Part shown: in pieces, positions 1-8,119 of the stretch | Numbering within the stretch: the first letter of the stretch is position 1 | Layout: every line of letters begins with the position of its first letter | IMG/VR virus record: IMGVR_UViG_3300033141_005196 | Span: 1 to 52,194 of that record | From: a virus | Taxonomy: Duplodnaviria; Caudoviricetes | DNA length: 52,194 nucleotides | Reading direction: 5' to 3' (one strand) | Notes under the pieces: generated by a model | What the model saw: only the letters and a program-made list of their open reading frames with translations | The model's database searches: none | Told to the model about the DNA's origin: nothing | Program-made: the position numbers and the translations under genes

Positions 1-65
1 AAAAAAAAAAAAAAAAAATCCTACCAACTCCAAACCCATTCCCTCATGCACAAACGTGCTTGCGC

Positions 66-181
66 GTAATTTTACCACCCTTCTCACAGACACAATTGAG
101 AAAACCGGGAAATTGGAAAACTGGAATGATTTCGGGCACTTACGCAGCGAAACCGAGAAAACCAGTAAATTCGGTAACTTA
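66..181. repeat. Left arm of an imperfect ~115-bp inverted repeat flanking the contig junction (partner 51924-52039)
   Basis: acaattgagaaaaccgggaaattggaaaactgg...gaaaaccagtaaattcggtaactta aligns without gaps to the reverse complement of 51924-52013, and the GTAATTTTA half-sites keep the same 26-bp offset. Confidence 0.85.
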
Positions 182-225
182 GCCGGCCGGCCTTAACCCA
201 TTGAAATTACTACGAAAAAAAGTTC

Positions 226-254
226 TTGACAGTCCTCGGCCACTATGCTATACT
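226..254 (+). promoter_or_regulatory. Sigma70-type early promoter
   Basis: TTGACA (226-231), 17-bp spacer, TG-n-TATACT (249-254), upstream of RBS AGGAGG and ATG 297. Confidence 0.85.
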
Positions 255-296
255 TGGGCTATAAAGACAACTGTAGACAATGAGGAGGACAAGCGC

Positions 297-746
297 ATGA
301 AATCGGCAAAGAAGCTGGAGCTGGCTCTCAAGGCTCTGCCACCGGAGCTTCTGGCCACCAAGGAGGCACAAGCTCTGCAAGCAGAGCTGGCCAGGCTCAA
401 GGCCGAGGAGCATAGCTCCCAAAGCATAGCTCCAAGGAGCATAGCTCCGAGGAAGAGACGTCCTGCCAGGAGCATAGCTCCCAAGGAGGATTTTCTCTTC
501 CGGAGATTAAGAAGATTTCTGGAAGAGACCGATGCAGCGAAGCTGCGTCCTTGGGAGGCAAAGATGCTGATCGCAGAGCGGTGTGAAAGGCTGGCTCATA
601 AGGAGCCAGAATACGCATCGCTTTTCCGAGGCTTTGCCTCAAGAGCTATGCTTTGGAATGAGGCAGAGCTCAGGCGAAGCCTAAGTCACTTCCTCAAAAG
701 TGGAGGGCAGTTTCCTCCGCCGAGGATGACGCTGCTTAGGAAGTAA
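297..746 (+). CDS. First early protein, hypothetical, with SIAP repeats
   Basis: RBS AGGAGG then ATG 297; the track's TTG 201 start overlaps the promoter. Confidence 0.75.
   Translation: MKSAKKLELALKALPPELLATKEAQALQAELARLKAEEHSSQSIAPRSIAPRKRRPARSIAPKEDFLFRRLRRFLEETDAAKLRPWEAKMLIAERCERLAHKEPEYASLFRGFASRAMLWNEAELRRSLSHFLKSGGQFPPPRMTLLRK
409..481 (+). repeat. Four copies of AGCATAGCTCC (409, 423, 438, 471), plus an inverted near-copy at 642-652
   Basis: Direct reading. Confidence 0.85.
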
Positions 747-792
747 ACCCAAGGCTGCGATAGCAGCCACACACAGAAAGGAGGACAAGCGC

Positions 793-1074
793 ATGAAGTG
801 TTCAGACTGCGGGGCGGTGACCGCCCCCTCTCCTGTTGTTAGAGGAGATTACCGCGAAATAGAATTGGGGGAGTACACCGCAAGGCTCCTCCATCACAAT
901 GGCTGGGTCACTGAAAATAACTGTGGCTGGAATGGCTACCAGAACGTGACCCGTAAATATATCCTGTGCCCTGGGTGCCAGGCCGCTTTAAGGGCCGAAC
1001 TGGCCCAGCGGCACAGGGAATTTAAGGTAGGCCTGAAGCAGCTTCTTCGGCTGCGCGAAATGATAAAAGGATAG
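793..1074 (+). CDS. Hypothetical zinc-binding protein (CxxC...CxxC)
   Basis: ORF with RBS region identical to that of ORF 297. Confidence 0.7.
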   Translation: MKCSDCGAVTAPSPVVRGDYREIELGEYTARLLHHNGWVTENNCGWNGYQNVTRKYILCPGCQAALRAELAQRHREFKVGLKQLLRLREMIKG

Positions 1075-1142
1075 GAGCCGAGCGTCATCTAGTATCAGGT
1101 TTTTCTCCTGAAAGGAGAATCAATGAAAGGAGGTGACCCAAG

Positions 1143-1433
1143 ATGTTTACGAAATATGACGAGGAGATGTTCTTCCTTGCTAAGAAGAATTACAGAGCAG
1201 GGAAGAAATGTCCCTATTGTGCAGAGGTAATGGCCAGGGAAGACCCGGACTTGAACGACATAAGTTCCGAAGCCTCTGCCTGCTTGAAGTGGTGCCCCTT
1301 CCTGAATTGGGTGAAAACTATCAACCCAGTTCTGGAGAACTCCTACTACATGTGCACCGCTCTCGGGAAAAGAGTCTCAGTCGCCCTGGACACCGGCGAC
1401 TGGAGTAAGTTATTGAAAAGAGGAGGGAAATAG
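1143..1433 (+). CDS. Hypothetical Cys-rich protein
   Basis: RBS AGGAGGTGA; CPYC...C...CPF. Confidence 0.75.
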   Translation: MFTKYDEEMFFLAKKNYRAGKKCPYCAEVMAREDPDLNDISSEASACLKWCPFLNWVKTINPVLENSYYMCTALGKRVSVALDTGDWSKLLKRGGK

Positions 1434-1787
1434 ATGAAGGTTGTTAATCTGACACCGCATGAGATTACCGTTGAGGCAGGGGATGGTACCCGTACCTTCC
1501 CACCCAGTGGGAAGGTGGCAAGGGTTGAGAACGTTGCCGACAAGTTTGGCATCGTCTCCCTGTCTCTGGACAATGAACTCGCCTGGGTTACATACAAGCC
1601 TGGGCGAGTGGAGGGACTCCCCAAGCCGAAACCAAATACCATCTTTTTGGTCTCGGCCATGGTCTTGGCTGCCGTCAAGGGGCGGGACGATCTGTATGCC
1701 CCGGATACGGGGCCGGAGTCTGCTATCCGAGACGAAGCGGGCAGGATCATTGCTGTCCGCCGACTGGTAAAAGGAGGGAAATCATGA
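1434..1787 (+). CDS. Conserved phage hypothetical protein (NLTPH...PSG..ARV...GLP...APDTG family)
   Basis: Motif pattern recognised from recurring phage proteins of unknown function; RBS present. Confidence 0.75.
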   Translation: MKVVNLTPHEITVEAGDGTRTFPPSGKVARVENVADKFGIVSLSLDNELAWVTYKPGRVEGLPKPKPNTIFLVSAMVLAAVKGRDDLYAPDTGPESAIRDEAGRIIAVRRLVKGGKS

Positions 1788-1876
1788 AAACCCGTCGGAT
1801 GACCACGAAACAGCGCGTCATTGAGCGTTCGGGCTTTTTATGAAAAACTTCGCAATGCAATAAGGAGAACAAGCAC

Positions 1877-2500
1877 ATGAGCTACCATCTCGAACGGTCC
1901 GCTCAAGCAGACCCGACCATCCGTGCGATTAAGCACGCGGTAGGGTATTCAGGCTACCGAGTAAGGCTGAGTACCGAGGTTCCGAAGGAGCTTCGCTCCT
2001 ACTGGAGTGGAGGAAGTAGAGACTTCTTCCTGCTCTATGGATTGGAGACCGGAAAGGTATTTCAGCTACCATCAAACCATCCATTCTTCGAGCCTTCGGC
2101 TCCCAGTTCCCTTCGAGAGCTTAAGCAAGGAGTGGCGCTGATCAAGCGCACCTACTTCCAGGGCAAAGACCTCGGCATCACGATCTACGCCAGGGCCGAG
2201 GATCTTGCCCCTCTCCTTCCGGAGAAGCACAATCTCACGCTCGAAGAGCGAATCGTCCTCGCCGCCACCAGAGCGTATAAGAACTCATACGGCGGCGAGA
2301 CGAACCTGCGCTACAAAGAGAGCTACCGCGCAGGTTTCGAAATTTCCTTCGAGGAGTGGCAGCGCATCCAAGACACGCTTCGCGCCAAGAAGCTCCTCAA
2401 CAAAGCCGGCGCAATCACACCCACTGGACGCAACGCAATTGGCTCCGAGGATCACTGGAGCCTGTGCAGGGAGTGGAAGGAGAGGCATGAAAATGGATAA
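1877..2500 (+). CDS. Hypothetical protein
   Basis: 207-aa ORF with RBS AAGGAG. Confidence 0.75.
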   Translation: MSYHLERSAQADPTIRAIKHAVGYSGYRVRLSTEVPKELRSYWSGGSRDFFLLYGLETGKVFQLPSNHPFFEPSAPSSLRELKQGVALIKRTYFQGKDLGITIYARAEDLAPLLPEKHNLTLEERIVLAATRAYKNSYGGETNLRYKESYRAGFEISFEEWQRIQDTLRAKKLLNKAGAITPTGRNAIGSEDHWSLCREWKERHENG

Positions 2501-2720
2501 AAGCTATTGGATCGTGAAGTGCGACTCCAACACCTACCGTGTCTGCTCAGACGCGCTGAAGACGTATGAAGTGCAGACGGGACATAGGTCAAGGTGTTCT
2601 TGTCCGCACTTCACAAATCGCCTCAGGGTTGGCCAAAGATGCAAGCATATCAAGATGTGCTTGTATCTCAAGCCAGACTTTGATCTGACAGATGATTTTG
2701 AAGAGTGGAGGGTAGTATGA
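2487..2720 (+). CDS. SWIM zinc-finger protein
   Basis: CSCPHF...CKHI matches the CxC-x(n)-CxH SWIM motif; start reassigned to ATG 2487 after AAGGAG. Confidence 0.75.
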   Translation: MKMDKSYWIVKCDSNTYRVCSDALKTYEVQTGHRSRCSCPHFTNRLRVGQRCKHIKMCLYLKPDFDLTDDFEEWRVV

Positions 2721-2842
2721 AAATTCGAAGGATGACCTACAGGCAACTAATCGAGGCAAGGAAAAATGCAAGGCTGAATTGTCCAAACTCTCGGTATGAG
2801 AAGCATATCCTCCGAGAGATTGAGAAGAGGAGAAGCAAATGA
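2717..2842 (+). CDS. Small basic hypothetical protein (41 aa)
   Basis: ATGA overlaps with both neighbours; RBS GGAGG. Confidence 0.55.
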   Translation: MKIRRMTYRQLIEARKNARLNCPNSRYEKHILREIEKRRSK

Positions 2843-3348
2843 TGAAAGGACTTTCCTGCAAGCCACTGCAACTGCTCTACGAACAGGCTGCAGAGCGGCA
2901 TCGAGATGCCTTGCAGAGTAGTGAGTATCGCTGCCCATTCTGCAGTCTTGCGATGGCCGCAAAAGACCGCTACAGAGATAAAGAACCATGTGAGCTCTGC
3001 TGGCATGCATCGGCAGCAGGGTTTATCACTCACCTCATCGTAACGACTCCATTAAGTTGTTTGATCACAGGCAAGCTCGCCAGATACTCAATTCACAGAG
3101 GGAGAGTTGAAATGGGGTATAAAGTCTTTGCCGAAGTTATGTACGGAGATAAACAAGTAACCGTCGAAGGTATGGTTCATCCCTCGTCACCTGAAGGGCT
3201 TTATATCGAGGATGTCAAGTTCCTCTGTCCAGAACCGCTTCGCTCGGAGCTGGAAGAGGCCTTCGACAATGACCTACGCTTCGCGGATGACGTCTTCGAC
3301 GCCATCTCGCAAGCAGACGCGCATCCCTATTGGGAAGAAGGAGTGTAG
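2839..3348 (+). CDS. Two-domain hypothetical protein (KGL..KP..LL Cys family plus acidic domain with internal start at 3112)
   Basis: N-half paralogous to 3350 and 13423; C-half paralogous to 4984. Confidence 0.7.
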   Translation: MMKGLSCKPLQLLYEQAAERHRDALQSSEYRCPFCSLAMAAKDRYRDKEPCELCWHASAAGFITHLIVTTPLSCLITGKLARYSIHRGRVEMGYKVFAEVMYGDKQVTVEGMVHPSSPEGLYIEDVKFLCPEPLRSELEEAFDNDLRFADDVFDAISQADAHPYWEEGV

Positions 3349-3349
3349 T

Positions 3350-3604
3350 ATGAAAGGACTCAGTCCGAAGCCTTACCTGCTTCTCTTAGAACAGGCAAAG
3401 CACAATCATCTAACTCCAGCCCAATGTCCATTCTGCGACTTAGGTGGAAACGAGGAAATCTTCTGGCTGGAGCGTGGAGAGGAGATTTATGATGATTGCT
3501 TCGGCTGCTGGCACCGCTCAGTAGCCAGGCAAAACGGTGGCGAGATCGATGCCGACAACTGCGTGTTGTTTGGCATGGGGCTTTGTGTGTTTCTCGGCAT
3601 TTAA
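3350..3604 (+). CDS. Cys-rich paralog (MKGLSPKP...CPFC...CFGCWH)
   Basis: RBS AAGGAG; paralogy. Confidence 0.75.
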   Translation: MKGLSPKPYLLLLEQAKHNHLTPAQCPFCDLGGNEEIFWLERGEEIYDDCFGCWHRSVARQNGGEIDADNCVLFGMGLCVFLGI

Positions 3605-3617
3605 AAAGGAGCGTGAG

Positions 3618-3803
3618 ATGGAAAGTTTAATTGAATCTGCGAAGAAACGGCTCAGAGAGGCTATCATGCAAAACTTCTCCGAAGTTTCAGAACGTGCCCC
3701 GAGACAGTCAGCAGCGATGCAAAACGCGCTCAACAAGCTCTCGCTTCTAGAGCTTGACGCGATGTTTACACTGACCTCCTACCTTCGGGAGCTTCGACGG
3801 TAA
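3618..3803 (+). CDS. Hypothetical protein
   Basis: RBS AAGGAG, ATG 3618. Confidence 0.6.
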   Translation: MESLIESAKKRLREAIMQNFSEVSERAPRQSAAMQNALNKLSLLELDAMFTLTSYLRELRR

Positions 3804-3823
3804 TTTTAGACCGCTAAAATTAC
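3800..3823. promoter_or_regulatory. 24-bp palindromic site, copy 1 (GTAATTTTA-GACCGC-TAAAATTAC)
   Basis: Recurs 7 times genome-wide. Confidence 0.8.
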
Positions 3824-3862
3824 AGACAGGCACAAAGTGCCGCAGACGCGGAGGCAAAAGCC

Positions 3863-3955
3863 ATGAAAACTGCAGACACAGTTTGTTGGATCATTCTCGC
3901 CCTAACCACAGCCTACATCGCCTTTCACTTCTTCGTTTGGCTGTGGAGGTTTTGA
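3863..3955 (+). CDS. Small membrane peptide (30 aa)
   Basis: RBS GGAGG; hydrophobic MKTADTVCWIILALTTAYIAFHFFVWLWRF. Confidence 0.5.
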   Translation: MKTADTVCWIILALTTAYIAFHFFVWLWRF

Positions 3956-3956
3956 G

Positions 3957-4115
3957 ATGAGAAAAATTACAATTGGAGGCGTCACCCTCCTGATTCTGAT
4001 GTTTGGGATGCCAAAGGCTTTGGGAGGCAAGAACTTTTGGCATCCCTGCATCAGGATCAAAGCCACAAATCAGGCGTGTCACGTCACGATCATCTGGATC
4101 GAGAAGAGACGCTAG
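3957..4115 (+). CDS. Small hypothetical protein (52 aa)
   Basis: RBS GGAGG; abuts previous ORF. Confidence 0.45.
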   Translation: MRKITIGGVTLLILMFGMPKALGGKNFWHPCIRIKATNQACHVTIIWIEKRR

Positions 4116-4192
4116 TCAAGCATGTTGACTCGGAAGGAGCACTTCGTGCTCCTCCTGGGCCAGCGTACTTGCTGGAGAAAGTGAGGTGAGAT

Positions 4193-4345
4193 ATGAACAG
4201 CATTCAAGTTCAGCACTATGCTCACCCAATGCATCTATGGTGCCGCCTTCAGGGTCGTGCAAGGATGCTCTGCATCCTCTATGAGCGCACCCTATGGCAG
4301 CTGATTCGAAGAATCCTCAACAGTGAAAGGAGGGTAAAGGTATGA
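4193..4345 (+). CDS. Small hypothetical protein (50 aa)
   Basis: RBS GAGGTGA; ATGA overlap with next ORF. Confidence 0.5.
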   Translation: MNSIQVQHYAHPMHLWCRLQGRARMLCILYERTLWQLIRRILNSERRVKV

Positions 4346-4530
4346 TCAAAACAATTTACCATCTCGCACGTCCTGCCAGAAAGCACGGCGGAGACAGGTA
4401 CGAAACCGGCGATGTAAATGCGCCATGCGAAATTCTTTACATCAATCAAACCTTCTCTCGAGCCAAGTCGAGGAAGCCAGTGGCCGAGATCACAGTAATC
4501 TTCCTCGAGGAAGGAGACAGTGATGAATGA
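4342..4530 (+). CDS. Hypothetical protein
   Basis: RBS AAGGAGG. Confidence 0.6.
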   Translation: MIKTIYHLARPARKHGGDRYETGDVNAPCEILYINQTFSRAKSRKPVAEITVIFLEEGDSDE

Positions 4531-4987
4531 AAGGCAAATTCTGTCCTTCAGGACATCCATCATCGTAAAGGCAGATAAGGACGAGCTGCTTGAGAGATAT
4601 GCATCCTCCAACAAGCGAACCGTTTATGTTTTTCATACGGGAAGAATGATGGATGATGAAGAGCCAGAGGTGCTTGAAGTTCAAAAGCCCCTCTATAATT
4701 ACCAACTAACCAGGCTTCTCAATCTGCTATGTATAGACCATGTCTATGACGCAGAGATTCTCGAAGAAACCATCACTTCGAGCTGGAGCCTGCGGATCGC
4801 AGGCTACGATCTCGCAATCTACTCTCACTCCGATGAAGGCTGTCTAGACCTGAGCTACACCAGCTTTCACGACAACATCGACGGCCACTACAGAGATGTC
4901 AACGAGATCAAAGCACAACTCATCAACGACGGCATCGAGATCGTCTCCGGCTCCTGTGAGCTGGAAGAAAGGAGGAAGTGCGGATGA
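4520..4987 (+). CDS. Hypothetical protein
   Basis: 155-aa ORF in operon context. Confidence 0.7.
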   Translation: MMNERQILSFRTSIIVKADKDELLERYASSNKRTVYVFHTGRMMDDEEPEVLEVQKPLYNYQLTRLLNLLCIDHVYDAEILEETITSSWSLRIAGYDLAIYSHSDEGCLDLSYTSFHDNIDGHYRDVNEIKAQLINDGIEIVSGSCELEERRKCG

Positions 4988-5262
4988 GCAGCGACGCAAA
5001 GTTCAGCATTGCCGAAGTGTTGCTCGGTGATGTGACAATCATCTTCGAAGGAAAAGTTTTTCCGCCATCCTTCGGAGATGAGCACACCTTGCCCGAACCA
5101 TCTCTCGTAGAAGTAACAGGGTGCTATGCACCTGAGGGAACGTTTGGCTACGAAGTCCTCGCTGAGCAACTATTTCTGGAAGATCAAGAATTCGAACAGC
5201 TCGTTCGAAATGAGCTGATCGAAAATGCCGGCTATGGCCGGTGGAAAGGAGAGATGAGATGA
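4984..5262 (+). CDS. Acidic hypothetical protein, paralog of the 3112-3348 domain
   Basis: AEVLLGDVTIIFEGKVFPPS vs AEVMYGDKQVTVEGMVHPSS. Confidence 0.7.
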   Translation: MSSDAKFSIAEVLLGDVTIIFEGKVFPPSFGDEHTLPEPSLVEVTGCYAPEGTFGYEVLAEQLFLEDQEFEQLVRNELIENAGYGRWKGEMR

Positions 5263-5468
5263 AAATTGAACAACTGAAGCTGCATCGAGTCATACTCGAC
5301 TCGAATGAGTTCTTCAACATCGCCCTTTGTGCTGCGGCATGCAAGAACGCCAAGAAGCGACCCGTTCGTGCCGCAGCTAATGCCCTGCTGCAGTCGCTAC
5401 GCGAGGCCGGTTATGGTCTGCTTTGCGAGTCGGCAGAGGAGAAGATTGCTCAAGTGAGGGCGAAATGA
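5259..5468 (+). CDS. Hypothetical protein
   Basis: ATGA-coupled ORF. Confidence 0.6.
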   Translation: MKIEQLKLHRVILDSNEFFNIALCAAACKNAKKRPVRAAANALLQSLREAGYGLLCESAEEKIAQVRAK

Positions 5469-5704
5469 AGCAATGCGTTGGATGTGGCTATTGCTGTAAG
5501 CAGGCACGCTGTATGCTCAGCCTCACCCTCTACGGGCTTGATCCTGAGCTACAGTGTCCTGCACTTTTCTTTGAGAATGGCCGATACTGGTGCAGACTCG
5601 CTCAAGCCTTCTCTGAAGAGTTGTTCATCGGAGTTGGGTGCTGTTCGCCACTAAACTCGGAGAGGAAGGGATATGAGCGAAGTCACGAAGGCCCCTTAAA
5701 ATAA
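5465..5704 (+). CDS. Cys-rich putative Fe-S/Zn-chelating protein (CxxCxxCC type)
   Basis: CVGCGYCCKQARC...CPAL...WC...GCC. Confidence 0.65.
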   Translation: MKQCVGCGYCCKQARCMLSLTLYGLDPELQCPALFFENGRYWCRLAQAFSEELFIGVGCCSPLNSERKGYERSHEGPLK

Positions 5705-5707
5705 CCC

Positions 5708-5736
5708 TTGACAACTTTTACGTTTTGTGGTACAAT
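5708..5736 (+). promoter_or_regulatory. Sigma70-type promoter for the middle/replication genes
   Basis: TTGACA, 17-bp spacer, TG-G-TACAAT. Confidence 0.85.
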
Positions 5737-5767
5737 ACAGGTACACTCAGAGACAGGAGATAAAATC

Positions 5768-6127
5768 ATGAAAGACTATAATGGGATTGATGAGGATGTC
5801 TTAAAAGATGTCCTTGAAGATTTTGAGAAGAGAAAAGGAGAGCATGAATACTCTAATTCAAGAGGCGAAACGGCAGAGGTTATTTATCGCTTCATCAAAG
5901 TCATCATAACAGCAACGAAGCCAGATGACTGGAAAGTAGGACAATGCACTCCAGTCAAGGGAACGATTCTCCTTCCAGACAAGCTCGTTCCGATACTTCA
6001 AGAAGTTCAAAAGTTTGGCATTCCTCTCGATGTCCTTGAGGATTTTTATGCGACGCTGATGTTGGTCCTTGCCCACGCAGGACTTACATTATTCGCCACA
6101 GTCTATAGAGAGGAGTTGGGAATATGA
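5768..6127 (+). CDS. Hypothetical protein
   Basis: RBS AGGAG, ATG 5768 downstream of the promoter. Confidence 0.7.
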   Translation: MKDYNGIDEDVLKDVLEDFEKRKGEHEYSNSRGETAEVIYRFIKVIITATKPDDWKVGQCTPVKGTILLPDKLVPILQEVQKFGIPLDVLEDFYATLMLVLAHAGLTLFATVYREELGI

Positions 6128-6297
6128 AGAAGATATTCAACTCTCCATTTCGCCGATTCAAACTCACCGAAAAAGCAGATCGAGATGTCTTGGCGGGGTG
6201 GATGAAATACTACGAGGAGCGCGGAATTGAGTATGATCTCGTACTCCGAAAGCGAGATCAAGAAGCTGAGCTTCTGGTCGAGCCGCCAGATTGGTAG
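6124..6297 (+). CDS. Small hypothetical protein (57 aa)
   Basis: RBS GAGGAG; ATGA overlap. Confidence 0.55.
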   Translation: MKKIFNSPFRRFKLTEKADRDVLAGWMKYYEERGIEYDLVLRKRDQEAELLVEPPDW

Positions 6298-6403
6298 TAA
6301 GTTCAGAAGATGCAGTCCTGACCCAGACTGCATCTTCGGTACAAGAAAGGAGGTTGAAGAGGGGTCACAAAGTTAAATTCCTACCTCAGAAAGGAGATTT
6401 TTC

Positions 6404-6679
6404 ATGAAAAAGATCACGAAAGAAGTCAAGAGCAAGGGTGAAGTTCTCGGAACGGTGGAGATCGAAGTCTTTGAGAGCCTCGAAGAGGCCGGCAAGTTTT
6501 TCGGCCCCGAGAAGGCAGTTGCGCTGATCAACTCCCAGCACGCCTCGAATAAGATGAACGAGTTTCGCGCAAGCAAAACCCGTCCCAGGAGCGCAATTGC
6601 ACAGCTCGCTCGCCTTGCAAAGCAGAACCCCGAACTTGAGGCAAAAATCGAGGCACTTATCAAGAAAGTCGGGGGATAA
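6404..6679 (+). CDS. Hypothetical protein, probable paralog of 50283-50618
   Basis: RBS AAGGAG; LARLAKQNPELEAKI vs LRAVAKSNPELASEL. Confidence 0.75.
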   Translation: MKKITKEVKSKGEVLGTVEIEVFESLEEAGKFFGPEKAVALINSQHASNKMNEFRASKTRPRSAIAQLARLAKQNPELEAKIEALIKKVGG

Positions 6680-6685
6680 CATGAC

Positions 6686-6716
6686 CGGGAGAGGGGGCAA
6701 GAATGTCCCTCTCCCG
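6686..6716 (+). terminator. GC-rich hairpin after ORF 6404 (terminator or processing site)
   Basis: CGGGAGAGGGGGCA-agaa-TGTCCCTCTCCCG; no strong U-tract. Confidence 0.5.
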
Positions 6717-6730
6717 AATGCGAGGGCAGC

Positions 6731-6955
6731 ATGAGTGAACAAGAAAGTCAACAGCCAATCATGGCATACACACTCCGAGAAGTTCCTCGAGATCTTCACA
6801 GTGCATGGAAAGCGGCGGCTGCTCTGCGAGGGCTTTCTATGAGGGCGTACGCAATCATCGCCCTATCCGAGAAGGTCAAGAGGGACTTCCAGGCGTATAG
6901 GAAGGAGGTCGAGAGTATTGGAGCAGATTCTAAATCTCAGGGAGATGTCCGATGA
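6731..6955 (+). CDS. Ribbon-helix-helix DNA-binding protein
   Basis: YTLREVPRDLHSAWKAAAALRGLSMRAYAIIAL fits the Arc/MetJ RHH pattern. Confidence 0.7.
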   Translation: MSEQESQQPIMAYTLREVPRDLHSAWKAAAALRGLSMRAYAIIALSEKVKRDFQAYRKEVESIGADSKSQGDVR

Positions 6956-7130
6956 GGAGCTGCGGAAATTCCTAGAAGATCTTAGGTCAAGGCGCAAGAA
7001 GGGATATGAGATTGACAGACGCTTCAAGCGTCAGGCAGCTCCGAAAGCTCTTCAGGGCATCTCTGCTGAGATTGCAGAGAAGGTCCTGAAGGAGCTTCTC
7101 AAAGAAGTTGAAGTCGAAGTTGATACTTAG
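6918..7130 (+). CDS. Hypothetical protein
   Basis: RBS AAGGAGG with TTG start. Confidence 0.6.
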   Translation: MEQILNLREMSDEELRKFLEDLRSRRKKGYEIDRRFKRQAAPKALQGISAEIAEKVLKELLKEVEVEVDT

Positions 7131-7191
7131 GTTTCTCTGGAATCTTTGGAAGCTCGTCTCCTTCCTTGCGCTGCTTTACTTCATCTCTAAA

Positions 7192-7229
7192 GTCCTCTTT
7201 TGAGGGAGCTTCAAGCTCCCTCAGAGGAC
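7192..7229. terminator. Long intergenic hairpin
   Basis: GTCCTCT..TGAGGGAGCTT-c-AAGCTCCCTCA-GAGGAC. Confidence 0.5.
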
Positions 7230-7254
7230 AGCCTAACCAGCAGAAAGGTAGAAC

Positions 7255-8103
7255 ATGAGACTATCCTACTCCAGGATTAAGGCGTTCAACGAGTGCCCGA
7301 AGAAATACTACTGGCGTTATGTGAGGCGTATTGAGCCAAAGGAAAAATCAAAAGCCCTCTCCCTCGGGGGCTGTATGGCAGCAGGAGTTGCGGAGTTCCG
7401 AAAGACCTTCGATTTTGACAAAGCCGCCGAGGCTTTTGTCGAGAGGTGGGTTGAGGATAATCGAGTTCTCGAAGAGAGCAAAGCACTTGATCCTCTCCGC
7501 TCAGTTGAGCGAGGATTGGAAATCCTGCATGCTTACACCGAGACCTATCCCGACGAACATATTGTCGAGCCAGAAGTCAAGTTTCTCATCAAGCCAACTC
7601 CTTGGCTGGAGTTTATTGGAATTATCGACGCGGTGATTAAAGATGGATCAACATATTCCATCATCGAAGACAAAACCAGCAGCAGACCACTGACAGAGTA
7701 TTACTTCAGCTCCTTCAGGAATTCATATCAGATCCTCTGGTATATGTGGGCAGCGAAGGAGATGGGACTTTTCTCATTGAACAAAGACAACATTCCAAGA
7801 TGTGTTATCAACGCAATCTACATCCATCCGGAAAAACTTGACTTCCGGCGAGAGCTGATTTCGAAAATGCCACAAACACTTGACATCGCGAAAGGGTACC
7901 TTGTTGAGTGGGCTTACATCATCGAGCTTGCTCATGAGAATAAACACTTTCCCCATGCAGACTCTGATGTCTGTCGAAAGTGGGGAGGGTGTGAGTACCT
8001 CCCCCTCAAGGGCGTTGGAGAAGAAATGCAGGAGAGGCACATTCGGAATATGTACGTCGAGAGGCCGGAGGCCGAGGACGAAATCTTCGAAGCCACAAGC
8101 TGA
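7255..8103 (+). CDS. PD-(D/E)XK (RecB/Cas4-like) exonuclease
   Basis: LSYSRI..F..CP..YYWRY, GIIDAV, IIEDKTS, Q..WY, C-terminal C..WGGCEY. Confidence 0.85.
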   Translation: MRLSYSRIKAFNECPKKYYWRYVRRIEPKEKSKALSLGGCMAAGVAEFRKTFDFDKAAEAFVERWVEDNRVLEESKALDPLRSVERGLEILHAYTETYPDEHIVEPEVKFLIKPTPWLEFIGIIDAVIKDGSTYSIIEDKTSSRPLTEYYFSSFRNSYQILWYMWAAKEMGLFSLNKDNIPRCVINAIYIHPEKLDFRRELISKMPQTLDIAKGYLVEWAYIIELAHENKHFPHADSDVCRKWGGCEYLPLKGVGEEMQERHIRNMYVERPEAEDEIFEATS

Positions 8104-8119
8104 GAAAGAAGGTGAACAA

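Noticed and set aside
1-18. Poly-A ends as a biological tail
   Set aside because: More simply an assembly break in a homopolymer; true length cannot be determined here
201-296. Upstream TTG starts for ORFs 201 and 5708
   Set aside because: They begin before or at the sigma70 promoter; ATG starts with RBSs lie at 297 and 5768
7255-8103. Cas4 as part of a CRISPR system
   Set aside because: Sits in a nuclease-Sak4-SSB recombination module; solo PD-(D/E)XK nucleases are common in phages
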